Positions 7,818 to 16,566 of a stretch of DNA of 64,000 nt are shown here, piece after piece (position 1 is the stretch's first letter; every line of letters begins with the position of its first letter). The DNA lies in IMG/VR virus record IMGVR_UViG_3300011868_000001, positions 96,001 through 160,000 of that record; one strand, 5' to 3'. A program made the position numbers and the translations under genes. The stretch comes from a virus (lineage: Duplodnaviria; Caudoviricetes). The notes under the pieces are model-generated. The model was not told the DNA's origin. It made no database searches and was given only the letters and a program-made list of their open reading frames with translations.

Positions 7818-10736
7818 ATGAGCAATAAATACAACGGTAAGTACCCGGCTGCCTGGTCGGAAGGGGATATCGCCTTCTATGAACAGGTGGGTCGGGAACC
7901 TGATAAGACCAGCAATGGCCTGTGGGTCTCGGACAAGACCCGTGAAGCCAAAGCCTTGGTTGACTGGACGCTGGCTGAACTGTACGCCTTGGCCAATAAC
8001 GAACTGCTCAGCGAGTATTCCTCCGGCAGTGAAGAGTTCTACAAGGTCGTGCGAGCCAAGGCGCTGCTTGAGCACAAAGACGCCCTGAACTGGGGCGAGG
8101 AAGACCTGTACGAATGGCTGTTGTTCGAACGCACTCCGGCCAAGAGTCCGAATGGCTACTACATCAATGACCCAGAGCGTTGGGTCAAGGATGCGGCCCT
8201 CTGGAACGACAGTGAGCTGGTCGATCTGGGCATGGGTTACTTCGGTGAGCCGAGCAAGCGTGAGCTGTATATTCTTGATGAAGCCTGCGGGCGGTTTGAT
8301 CTGCCGCTTGGCATCACCTGGGAAGACTACTGCACCTACATCAAGACGTCCGTCAAGCCCGAACTGACCAGCACTGGGGTGTTGATCAATGATCGTCATC
8401 GGGCAACCAAGTCCATTGATGATTGGTCGGAGGCTGAGCTTAAAGCGTATGCGTTAGGTGAGATCGAAACTGACTCTACCGATAAAGCCTTGTTGGCCAA
8501 GGCCCTGGAAACCTTCGGTGGGGAATGGTACTGGGATCGCCTGTCACTGATGGTCTGGGTGGGCGATGGGGAAATCCCTGAGTTTGTCCATGCGTATGAC
8601 GAATACACCGATGACCAGCTCAAGTGCTTGATTCGTGAGACTCAAGATGCCGAAGCCATCGATGTCCTCGAAGCGCGCCACATCCGTGAACTGGCAGATT
8701 GGTGGACGACTGAACAGCGCCTGACTTATCTGCTCGACGGTATTGAACCTGTAGCGCCGGTTGTTGAAGAGGTCGTCGAAGATGAACCCGAAACTGAACC
8801 TGAGCCTGAAGAACCCGAAGACGTTCCCGAGGAGTCGCTGGCCGAAGCCGAACCAGAAGTGGCCGACGTCATTGAAGAAGCCCTCCCCGAAACTGAACCT
8901 GAGCCGAGCGTTGAAGTCAGGACACTTGAGTGGACGGACTTGGTGGCAGAAGGCACTGAACTCTTTGATGCAATGGCGGTAACCACCTCCGAAGCCATCA
9001 TAGCCGATGAGGAGCGCCGCCAGTATCTCACGGCGTCCAAGTGGAGCTTGGCAGAACTGGTCGGCTGGGCCCGTGATCTCATCCCGTCTGGCATGAACAC
9101 CACCGCCAGCACGCTTGTAAGCGCCTTACGACGTCACTGTGATGCCTTTACGGCTAACTGGACCGATGATGCTGTCAAACAGTTTATCGGCTTCAAAACG
9201 CTTCCTGAAGGCCTTGGGAAAGGAATGCTGGTGCATGATGCAGTGCGGAATCGTACTCATCCCGGTGATTGGTCTGACGCTGAGCTGCGGGCCTATTTCC
9301 GAAACGAAATCCAATCCACACGAGAGCGCAAGGAAATCTGGCTGAGTGCCTGGGTGCGATTCAATGTCCCCAGTCATTTCACCGATGAGCAAGCGCTAGA
9401 CTACATCACCACAGGTGTAAAGCCTGTTGAAGAGGTTGCACCTATCGTGGCTGGCACACCCATCAGCATTGCACAGTTGGATGCATGGCTGGCCGGGACC
9501 TTGAAAGTTGAGGATGCGGCAGTTGAAGAGACCCTCTTCGCAACCGCCCGGCAGCATTACAAGATCGATGTACGCTGGACCGACTCGCAGATACTGACAT
9601 GGTTCCGCAATGGTACCGAACCCAGGACCGTTGAAGGCGGGATTCAGATTGAAGACCGCATGCGTGACTCTTCCAGCCCGGCTAACTGGAATTGGAAGGA
9701 ATTGCGGGCGTTGGCACTGGGTTTGATCGAGGCTGACTTTGATCTGCGGGATCAACCGAGCATGGAACGTATCCGGCGGCTGATCGATGTTCAGTTCGGC
9801 GTGCGCCCGGCTCATTGGTCGGATGATGAAGTGCTGGACTATCTGCGTGACCAGACTGTGCCCAAGGCGTTGGAAAACGGCGTGTACATCAATGATCCCA
9901 CCCGTGCCCGTAAGCAAGCTGTCGAGTGGCGTGATGCCGAACTCAAGGCATGGCTGAAGGGTGAGATCGTCGCTACAGAGAAAGCCACCGAGCCCGACCT
10001 GTGGGAAGAGGTATACGTACGCTTTAAGGTTCCGGTCTTCTGGTATCAGGAAGACGCCAGATCGTATGTACTGGACCGTGCCATGGTGCCTTCCACCTTG
10101 TCAGGTATCTGGGTCCGTGACCGTAACCGCGATGCGCGCAAAGCCTCCCATTGGACGCGGCGTGAAATCAAAGCCTGGTGTCGGGGTCAAATCCTGCCAG
10201 GTATCAACGCTCCAGCGGATGATCTACTCAAGCGAGCAGTGACCCTGTTCGGACTGTCCCACTATCTCGATGCCGATACGGTCAAGAAACGTATCAGCGA
10301 AATCACTGAGGAATCGATGACCATGACTGTCAAGTTTGTTGACGAAGACCTGAAGAGCTACGAAGCAGGTCGTAAAGAGGCTGGGGACAACGGCACCAAG
10401 GCCGCTCCCTACCAATCGCTGTTGGAGCGTTGCATCAACCGTGTACTGCGGCTGGATGGCGAAGACTTCGTGCAAGGCTGGACGGAACTGCTGAACTTCT
10501 TCCATAAGAACAGCAAGGACATCTGCTCGCCGAAGAAAATCTACGTCGGTGTGGGCCAGATGGCCATTACCCCTAAGGGTCTGCGCACCTTCCAGAACAT
10601 GACCTCCATCCTGTCGACCACCTGCGACCCGAGCACCCGTGATCGTTCGGTCAAGCAGATCGACTGGACCGCGGCTTTGAAAGATGTGGCCAACGAGAAA
10701 GCACGACAAAATGTGCTTTCATATTACGGACAGTGA
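7818..10736 (+). CDS. large Trp-rich repeat protein with acidic linker and distinct C-terminal domain
   Basis: 972 aa with recurring W...P....G..I.D..R......W...EL.A...G.I units and an E/P-rich linker near residues 310-365. Confidence 0.8.
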   Translation: MSNKYNGKYPAAWSEGDIAFYEQVGREPDKTSNGLWVSDKTREAKALVDWTLAELYALANNELLSEYSSGSEEFYKVVRAKALLEHKDALNWGEEDLYEWLLFERTPAKSPNGYYINDPERWVKDAALWNDSELVDLGMGYFGEPSKRELYILDEACGRFDLPLGITWEDYCTYIKTSVKPELTSTGVLINDRHRATKSIDDWSEAELKAYALGEIETDSTDKALLAKALETFGGEWYWDRLSLMVWVGDGEIPEFVHAYDEYTDDQLKCLIRETQDAEAIDVLEARHIRELADWWTTEQRLTYLLDGIEPVAPVVEEVVEDEPETEPEPEEPEDVPEESLAEAEPEVADVIEEALPETEPEPSVEVRTLEWTDLVAEGTELFDAMAVTTSEAIIADEERRQYLTASKWSLAELVGWARDLIPSGMNTTASTLVSALRRHCDAFTANWTDDAVKQFIGFKTLPEGLGKGMLVHDAVRNRTHPGDWSDAELRAYFRNEIQSTRERKEIWLSAWVRFNVPSHFTDEQALDYITTGVKPVEEVAPIVAGTPISIAQLDAWLAGTLKVEDAAVEETLFATARQHYKIDVRWTDSQILTWFRNGTEPRTVEGGIQIEDRMRDSSSPANWNWKELRALALGLIEADFDLRDQPSMERIRRLIDVQFGVRPAHWSDDEVLDYLRDQTVPKALENGVYINDPTRARKQAVEWRDAELKAWLKGEIVATEKATEPDLWEEVYVRFKVPVFWYQEDARSYVLDRAMVPSTLSGIWVRDRNRDARKASHWTRREIKAWCRGQILPGINAPADDLLKRAVTLFGLSHYLDADTVKKRISEITEESMTMTVKFVDEDLKSYEAGRKEAGDNGTKAAPYQSLLERCINRVLRLDGEDFVQGWTELLNFFHKNSKDICSPKKIYVGVGQMAITPKGLRTFQNMTSILSTTCDPSTRDRSVKQIDWTAALKDVANEKARQNVLSYYGQ

Positions 10737-10753
10737 GAAAAGAAAAAAAGAAA

Positions 10754-10792
10754 GATACATAGAGAGGAGCCATCGGGCTCCTCTCTATGTCT
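10754..10792. terminator. bidirectional hairpin between convergent genes
   Basis: ACATAGAGAGGAGC-CATCGG-GCTCCTCTCTATGT, preceded by an A-run. Confidence 0.7.
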
Positions 10793-10794
10793 GC

Positions 10795-11250
10795 TTAACG
10801 CACCTTGGCTAGGATAGCGTTCACCACACTCGGGCGGCTGTGTGCATCGCTCCGCTGAGCCACCGCGTCCAACGCCAGTGCTACGAACCGTTCTTCTTTC
10901 GTAGCGATCTCGATGAACGCATCTTCAGTCAGACGGTTTTCATCGAGCAACAGCTTCAGTTCCTTCCTGAAGATGAGGTTGGCATTGCCAGAACCGCTGG
11001 TGTAACAGAAGTCATAGACGATTCCCGTTACGATATTAGCCACCAATGCAACGATCGGGTCTTTCAAATCCCGATCAAGAATTGTCGCTACGGGCTTCAT
11101 GGCGACCACTATAATGGCGCACTTACGGCTGATAACGCCACCGTAAATTTTGTTGGCCATAGCGACGGCGTTATCCAGACTGGTGATCTCCACCTGGAAG
11201 CGACGTGCCCAGACAGCGACGTTCTGGTGCATTTCAGTTTTATAGGACAT
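10795..11250 (-). CDS. hypothetical protein
   Basis: Start MSYKTE at 11250 with AAGGAG RBS and promoter motif upstream. Confidence 0.75.
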   Translation of the reverse strand: MSYKTEMHQNVAVWARRFQVEITSLDNAVAMANKIYGGVISRKCAIIVVAMKPVATILDRDLKDPIVALVANIVTGIVYDFCYTSGSGNANLIFRKELKLLLDENRLTEDAFIEIATKEERFVALALDAVAQRSDAHSRPSVVNAILAKVR

Positions 11251-11285
11251 GGCGATCTCCTTTAGATCGTGGGTATGGTCACCCC

Positions 11286-11319
11286 TACTATGTATCGTTG
11301 AAAAACTTTCGAATCGAAT
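11286..11319 (-). promoter_or_regulatory. putative early promoter
   Basis: Minus strand ATTCGATTCGAA-N13-TACATAGT; nearly identical to 48447-48480. Confidence 0.7.
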
Positions 11320-11366
11320 ACACGAGGGGCCTGTACAAATAGGTGAGGTTGGTTTTTGGTGACACG

Positions 11367-11681
11367 TTACTCGGTACGCAACGACCACGTCCAGCGGAGA
11401 TCGTTTTCGTGATTAAGGCACTTGGGATGACCCAGCCACTTATCGAGCTCGGCTTGTTCGAGCACGTAGGCTTCTTCACGGGTCTGAGTGACGACGTATT
11501 CAAACACCATATTAGGATCGTCTGAATACAACTCCGAGAGCCGTGTGTTGAGGTGGGTGCGTAGGGTGAGGGAGGACATCAGGCCAATTTCTCGTCGATA
11601 GAGGTTATTGGTACTGCCGATGTAGAAGGTCCCGGAACTGATGTGGTTGAGGATATAACATCCAGGCTGTCGTGGTATCAT
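11367..11681 (-). CDS. minimal GIY-YIG endonuclease (catalytic domain only)
   Basis: GCY...FYIGST...R...H.N...EEAY..E pattern in 104 aa; no C-terminal DNA-binding domain. Confidence 0.75.
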   Translation of the reverse strand: MIPRQPGCYILNHISSGTFYIGSTNNLYRREIGLMSSLTLRTHLNTRLSELYSDDPNMVFEYVVTQTREEAYVLEQAELDKWLGHPKCLNHENDLRWTWSLRTE

Positions 11682-11726
11682 CGATGGTTCCTTTCGGAAT
11701 AAGTGAGGGGCCGTAGCCCCTCACGG

Positions 11727-14306
11727 TTAATGCAGGCTTAGTGTATACTTAGAAACCAGTTGCATGTGACTAAGTACTTTGCCCCGAAAAAATTCTTCCT
11801 TGTTGCGTCTGTATTTCATGTGTTGTTCTATCTCAAGGCAACCAAAGTAAATGAACTCCGGTGTCACATCTGGCCAGTCTTTCAGCGGTCGAGTCCGACC
11901 CAGTACCTGTTCATTGGACTGCCGTGAGTCAATGGCGGTCGTCATGAAACTGGTGCGCAGGTTGGGTTTATCCACCGCTGTACCAGCAGAACCAATGGTA
12001 GAGACAGCGATGTCTGCTTCCAGGAAGTCCTCGTAGGAGTCGTTCTCGGAGCCGACGTAACGCACGATGTTAAGTTCCGGGTACATCTTGCGCAAGCGTT
12101 CAACCATCAGGGTACACAGATCGACCCGTGCAAAGAACACCAAGGCGGTCTGGCCTTCTTCTCGCACCGAGACAAATCGATGGTAGATAGCATGATCGAC
12201 GATCTTGAGGTAGTTCTTAAGCAGGCCCTTATGTCGCATCAAGGACTCTTCGAACGTGGTGTGCGAATAGCCCTGTGCCCCCATGTACCGAATCTTTACA
12301 TCCGGGTCCATGTGGTACAGTACCGCGGTTACGGCAATGTAGACGTTATATCCGCCGCCATCGTGACGTTGCATCACGGGGTATCCGATGTCATACATCC
12401 GGTTCTTGAACGCATCCGAACTGGTCATGGTCGCCGACAGTCCCAATGACTTGGGAATGTGGGTGTACAGATCAATCCGGTAGTTGTTGTGGAACTCTTG
12501 ATGCAGTTCGTCCGTGACGCGGAACCCAGCGCCGATGGTTGGGTAGAAGTCGATCGGCTTGATCGGGTAAATCTTGGTCGAGCCGTTGGTGTCCTCGTAG
12601 TACTTGATGTAATCACGCATGGTGGCCGAGGTGATGATGATCACCTTGGCTTCGAGGGTACCTTCCAGTGCCATCTTCTGCAGCGCGATCATGTCCTTGG
12701 AACCCCGGACAATGAGGAACTCACCACGCTTGAACTTGAAGGTCTCCTCAAGGTCGGATTTCCAGCGTTCGACGTAGCCCCCTTTGAAATGGATCACAGT
12801 GCGGCGACGCAGCTTGTTCATGCAGTACTGGGCGACGAAGGTGTTGTGGGTGACGATGAAGTCTTGGACCACAAACAACTTCGACGCGTTATCGACCGCA
12901 ATGCAGGTGGCCTCCTCGATACCCACCGGTTCGATCGACTTGACTTGCAGCTTCAGCTTGTGCGAGTACTGATTCGCATCGTTCACGCGTTCAAGCTTCT
13001 TCGGCAGGCTGACAGCATCGCTGGGCTTGGGTAGGCGGATATAGACATTATACGCCAACTGGCCATCACGTTTTTCGCCGTTATGGGTGTAGACGGGGTT
13101 CTTGGTCCTGATGCGGGCCATGCCTCCTAATGACCGGACCAGGTACTGCACATCCTTGGCCAGTTGTTCGCTGACGGTGCAGTAAGAAATTGTGCCATGA
13201 CCATTGACATAACCGTCTGTGTCAACCAGGCCTTTGAGCAGTTCCTTACGTTGCTCGATGGAGGCTTCCAGGTACATGGATGGGATGAACTTATCTTGAG
13301 CAAGGCACCCCATCAGACCGAGTTCTCTTAACGACTCACGGATGACATTGTACCTGGCACTCCCAATGACGATTCCATAGGTGATCCCGTGGCGCTTAGT
13401 TACCTGCTGACCAAATCTCATCGATCTTGTCATCCTGTCTACGATGTAATCATCCGGGGTGGAGAATGAGACATCGCCCCCGGAAACACAACCATCGCCA
13501 ATGAGGACTCCTAGAACCCATGGATCAATAGGCAATACCTGAGGTGGGATATCTTCAGGCTTGAGCAGAGGGACGTAGACGCGGGGATTGGGCATCTCAA
13601 TTAGACGTTTCAATTCCAACGTATCTCGCACCTGCCAACGCTGGTGTTCTACGGTGTTGACATAGTAAGACTGCCATAGATGCTCTCCGCATACTTCGAC
13701 ATGTCGACCATCGTAGAAGGTGACTCTGTAGAGTTGTTTCTTCCCTTGGGGGTAAACTCCAATCACCCTAGTGGGTTTTCCATCGTCGCCGATGACATAA
13801 TCGCCGACTTTAACCAACCCCATCCTCTTCCATCCGCCCGGTATCCTGATGGGGGTGTTGTCTGACGTGGCTTTACCACCCCCGGTCTGGAGAGTCACCA
13901 TCTTGATGATCGGGTCCCATTTAGGGTCCTGATCGTCTAAGACGTATTCGATAATACCGACTTGTTTCTCCCGTGGCGGGAACATCTTGCGGACTTCGAA
14001 GTTGACCTCAGGCAGGTCGGTCAGTTTTACGACATGGTGAACAATAGGGACTAGGTGTTCAGCATAGCCGAAGTTCTTAAACAGGTGGTTCTTCAGCGAA
14101 TTCAGTTGATTGCGATGAAAACTGAATTCGCGGCGATTCCTGGTAGCGGCAGCAAAGGTTCTGACTTTCTTAGGGACGAACTTCTTGCCTTTCTTTTCAT
14201 AGCCGATTTCGATGAGCGGCTTGCAGAACGAAAACATCGCCTGTAAGTCGCGCTCGGTGATCACGTCGGATACTTTGATCGCGTGACTATAGACATCAAT
14301 TTTCAT
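11727..14306 (-). CDS. SF2 (DEAD-like) helicase containing an intein (phiKZ gp75-like)
   Basis: Walker A LQTGGGK|T, DELH, LSAT and QVLGRTR motifs. Confidence 0.9.
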   Translation of the reverse strand: MKIDVYSHAIKVSDVITERDLQAMFSFCKPLIEIGYEKKGKKFVPKKVRTFAAATRNRREFSFHRNQLNSLKNHLFKNFGYAEHLVPIVHHVVKLTDLPEVNFEVRKMFPPREKQVGIIEYVLDDQDPKWDPIIKMVTLQTGGGKATSDNTPIRIPGGWKRMGLVKVGDYVIGDDGKPTRVIGVYPQGKKQLYRVTFYDGRHVEVCGEHLWQSYYVNTVEHQRWQVRDTLELKRLIEMPNPRVYVPLLKPEDIPPQVLPIDPWVLGVLIGDGCVSGGDVSFSTPDDYIVDRMTRSMRFGQQVTKRHGITYGIVIGSARYNVIRESLRELGLMGCLAQDKFIPSMYLEASIEQRKELLKGLVDTDGYVNGHGTISYCTVSEQLAKDVQYLVRSLGGMARIRTKNPVYTHNGEKRDGQLAYNVYIRLPKPSDAVSLPKKLERVNDANQYSHKLKLQVKSIEPVGIEEATCIAVDNASKLFVVQDFIVTHNTFVAQYCMNKLRRRTVIHFKGGYVERWKSDLEETFKFKRGEFLIVRGSKDMIALQKMALEGTLEAKVIIITSATMRDYIKYYEDTNGSTKIYPIKPIDFYPTIGAGFRVTDELHQEFHNNYRIDLYTHIPKSLGLSATMTSSDAFKNRMYDIGYPVMQRHDGGGYNVYIAVTAVLYHMDPDVKIRYMGAQGYSHTTFEESLMRHKGLLKNYLKIVDHAIYHRFVSVREEGQTALVFFARVDLCTLMVERLRKMYPELNIVRYVGSENDSYEDFLEADIAVSTIGSAGTAVDKPNLRTSFMTTAIDSRQSNEQVLGRTRPLKDWPDVTPEFIYFGCLEIEQHMKYRRNKEEFFRGKVLSHMQLVSKYTLSLH
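12843..13871 (-). mobile_element. class 3 intein (343 aa) with LAGLIDADG homing endonuclease
   Basis: Starts ATSDNT right after GGGK and ends FIVTHN before T+1. Block B CGEHLW, block F ATCIAV, endonuclease motifs LGVLIGDG and LKGLVDTDG. Confidence 0.9.
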
Positions 14307-14453
14307 TGGAATACCCTGCGTCGCGCATAAGCTGTTTTACATAAGAAAGCCCAATAAAATGATAAAAAACTAAATCCAAGGAAGTCCATGGACGTCCGTA
14401 GACGTCCATCCTTCTAACAAAATAAGAAGGGAGGGCCGAAGCCCTCCCTATGG

Positions 14454-16520
14454 TTAAATGACTTCCGGGTAGACGAACGGATCGAGCAATCCAGCAGGTC
14501 GCTTGGTGATCAAGTAGCTGTCGGGGTCTTCGATCATGTCCGGCTGACGCTCGTACGCCAGTTGCACGCCGGCAGAACGGTACTGCATGAGTGTGCGGTG
14601 TTCTTCGAACTTCGACGGACGATCGAATGCCGGGAGACCGTAATCATCCGGGTCATCGGCAGGGCGCATCAGACTCAGCAGGATGCCTTCCAAGTGCGCT
14701 ACGTTGACACGCAGCTTGGAGTTGACCAGGTCACTGAAGTCCAGCAGGGCTGCCACTGGATCGTCGTAGCTGGTCAGCATCTTGCCGGAGAACCCATTGC
14801 GCTCGGACTTCTTCGCCGGCGAACGAATGAACGCCTCGACTGCTGCCATGAAATCCAGGGTGGACGCATGGCGCCGTGGCAAGGAGAACGCTGGCTGAGC
14901 AAAGTCCCAGTGCGACAGGTCGATGCAGAAGTTACCGAACTCATCAACAGTGTAGCCGTGTTCTTGGATGTAGTACAACATCACCCGAGACAACGACGCC
15001 AGTCGTGCGCCCTGACTGACAGGGATGAACACCGAGGTGGTCTCATCGCGCAGGTTGGTGACGCGTACCTGCACTTCGCGGAACGACGTGAATCGATGGA
15101 TGTTCAGTCGCTCGATTACGGTTTCCTTGTTGATACTGACCAGACCGGCCCCATTTTCCATGTTCTTGTCAGGCGAGGCTGCCAGGACCAGGACGGGGTT
15201 CATCTTCTTCAGACGCGGGTTGAACTTGAGCAGTGAGCTGTCCTTAGCCGAAGACGGCATGGCTTCACCCAACAACTCTTCGGTCTTCTCGTTCTCTGCT
15301 TCATCCGGGTCAGCGGCGCAGATGTCGATGTACGGCAAGTACTCCTCTGGAATGATGATCTCTTCGACCACCGAGCTACCGTCGAGGTGCTTGACCGACA
15401 GTGTCCGCTGAGAACCCTCGCGGCACAGTTCCGTGGCACAGACGTGGCCCAGTGAGGTATCGCGTGGGATGGACCATGCCAGCTCACCAAAGCAGACGTG
15501 ACAGATGGCTCCCTCACCGCGATGGCGACAGAACATCCCGGAGCGCATGCGGATGGTCTTACCTACCAGATGACGGTCTTCCGCCCGGACAGGCCGGAGC
15601 TTGTTGTTGTCATCCAGGTAGATCTTACCTTCCAGATGCGGCAGAATAACCGAGTCCACCGGAATCTCGGCGTAACGGTCAGAGCCACAGTCTTCCCAGA
15701 TGAGCTTGTCCACCACCGTGGTTGAGAGCTGCATCTTGCGGTTGAAGTACTCAACGATACGCAGCGGCTTCTTGGTGAACATCAGTGCTTTCTTAGCCGA
15801 GCACGACTCGATCATGATGTCGTGTAGCTGAGTCAGGCCCTCGAAGTAACCGGTGGTGATTGGCTTGCGGAAGATCACCTGGTCGATGTCGGTCAGGTAA
15901 CCACGGCAGATCAGAATCTGGAGGAACTGGGCGATCTTGATCTGCTTGCTGCGCAGGCCCCGGACAATCGGGTTGTGCAGGATAGCCGGGTCCTTCATGA
16001 GGATTTCAGTAGCCCGGTCATACGCGGTGGTGATGCTGAGCTGATTCGGCCGGACTGCCAGACGCACTTCCGCCAGTGGCGGGTAGTCGTACAGTTCGAG
16101 CAGATGGAAGGCGTTGATGGACACCTGCCATTCTTCGAGCTTGATGCTCAGCTGGTTGTAGATTTCATTGCCGATGTCCTTGACAATGCGCCAGGCGTCT
16201 TCGCGGTCGTAGCAGGAATCGTGGTTGGCATGCTCGACACCTGGGGTGAAGTAGGTGTAGTGCAAGTCACGCATGATGTTAGACAGCGTTTTGGGAATGG
16301 TCTCGGCACTGGGGAACACGTTGCCGATATGGTGCGAGATGTTCAATGGCGTGCGGGGAAACTTGCGGTGCAGTTCCCAACAGAACCAGCTGAGGGCGGT
16401 CCGACGGGTGGTGGTGGTCAACACCCCATCGTCAAACTCGATCTCAAGCTTCTCATCCGGCAGGGGCCAGACTGCCATGAGATCTTGGTTCATGAAATTA
16501 CGAGCATTGATACGGCGCAT
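14454..16520 (-). CDS. non-virion RNA polymerase beta-prime C-terminal subunit (phiKZ gp74-like)
   Basis: EYFNRKMQL, DCGS, RSGMFC...ICHVCFG and SQRTLSVKH (trigger-loop-like); GGAG RBS before MRRIN. Confidence 0.85.
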   Translation of the reverse strand: MRRINARNFMNQDLMAVWPLPDEKLEIEFDDGVLTTTTRRTALSWFCWELHRKFPRTPLNISHHIGNVFPSAETIPKTLSNIMRDLHYTYFTPGVEHANHDSCYDREDAWRIVKDIGNEIYNQLSIKLEEWQVSINAFHLLELYDYPPLAEVRLAVRPNQLSITTAYDRATEILMKDPAILHNPIVRGLRSKQIKIAQFLQILICRGYLTDIDQVIFRKPITTGYFEGLTQLHDIMIESCSAKKALMFTKKPLRIVEYFNRKMQLSTTVVDKLIWEDCGSDRYAEIPVDSVILPHLEGKIYLDDNNKLRPVRAEDRHLVGKTIRMRSGMFCRHRGEGAICHVCFGELAWSIPRDTSLGHVCATELCREGSQRTLSVKHLDGSSVVEEIIIPEEYLPYIDICAADPDEAENEKTEELLGEAMPSSAKDSSLLKFNPRLKKMNPVLVLAASPDKNMENGAGLVSINKETVIERLNIHRFTSFREVQVRVTNLRDETTSVFIPVSQGARLASLSRVMLYYIQEHGYTVDEFGNFCIDLSHWDFAQPAFSLPRRHASTLDFMAAVEAFIRSPAKKSERNGFSGKMLTSYDDPVAALLDFSDLVNSKLRVNVAHLEGILLSLMRPADDPDDYGLPAFDRPSKFEEHRTLMQYRSAGVQLAYERQPDMIEDPDSYLITKRPAGLLDPFVYPEVI

Positions 16521-16566
16521 CGCTATCTCCGGTGAATGCGGGTGGTAAACCACCCGCTACAGGTTG

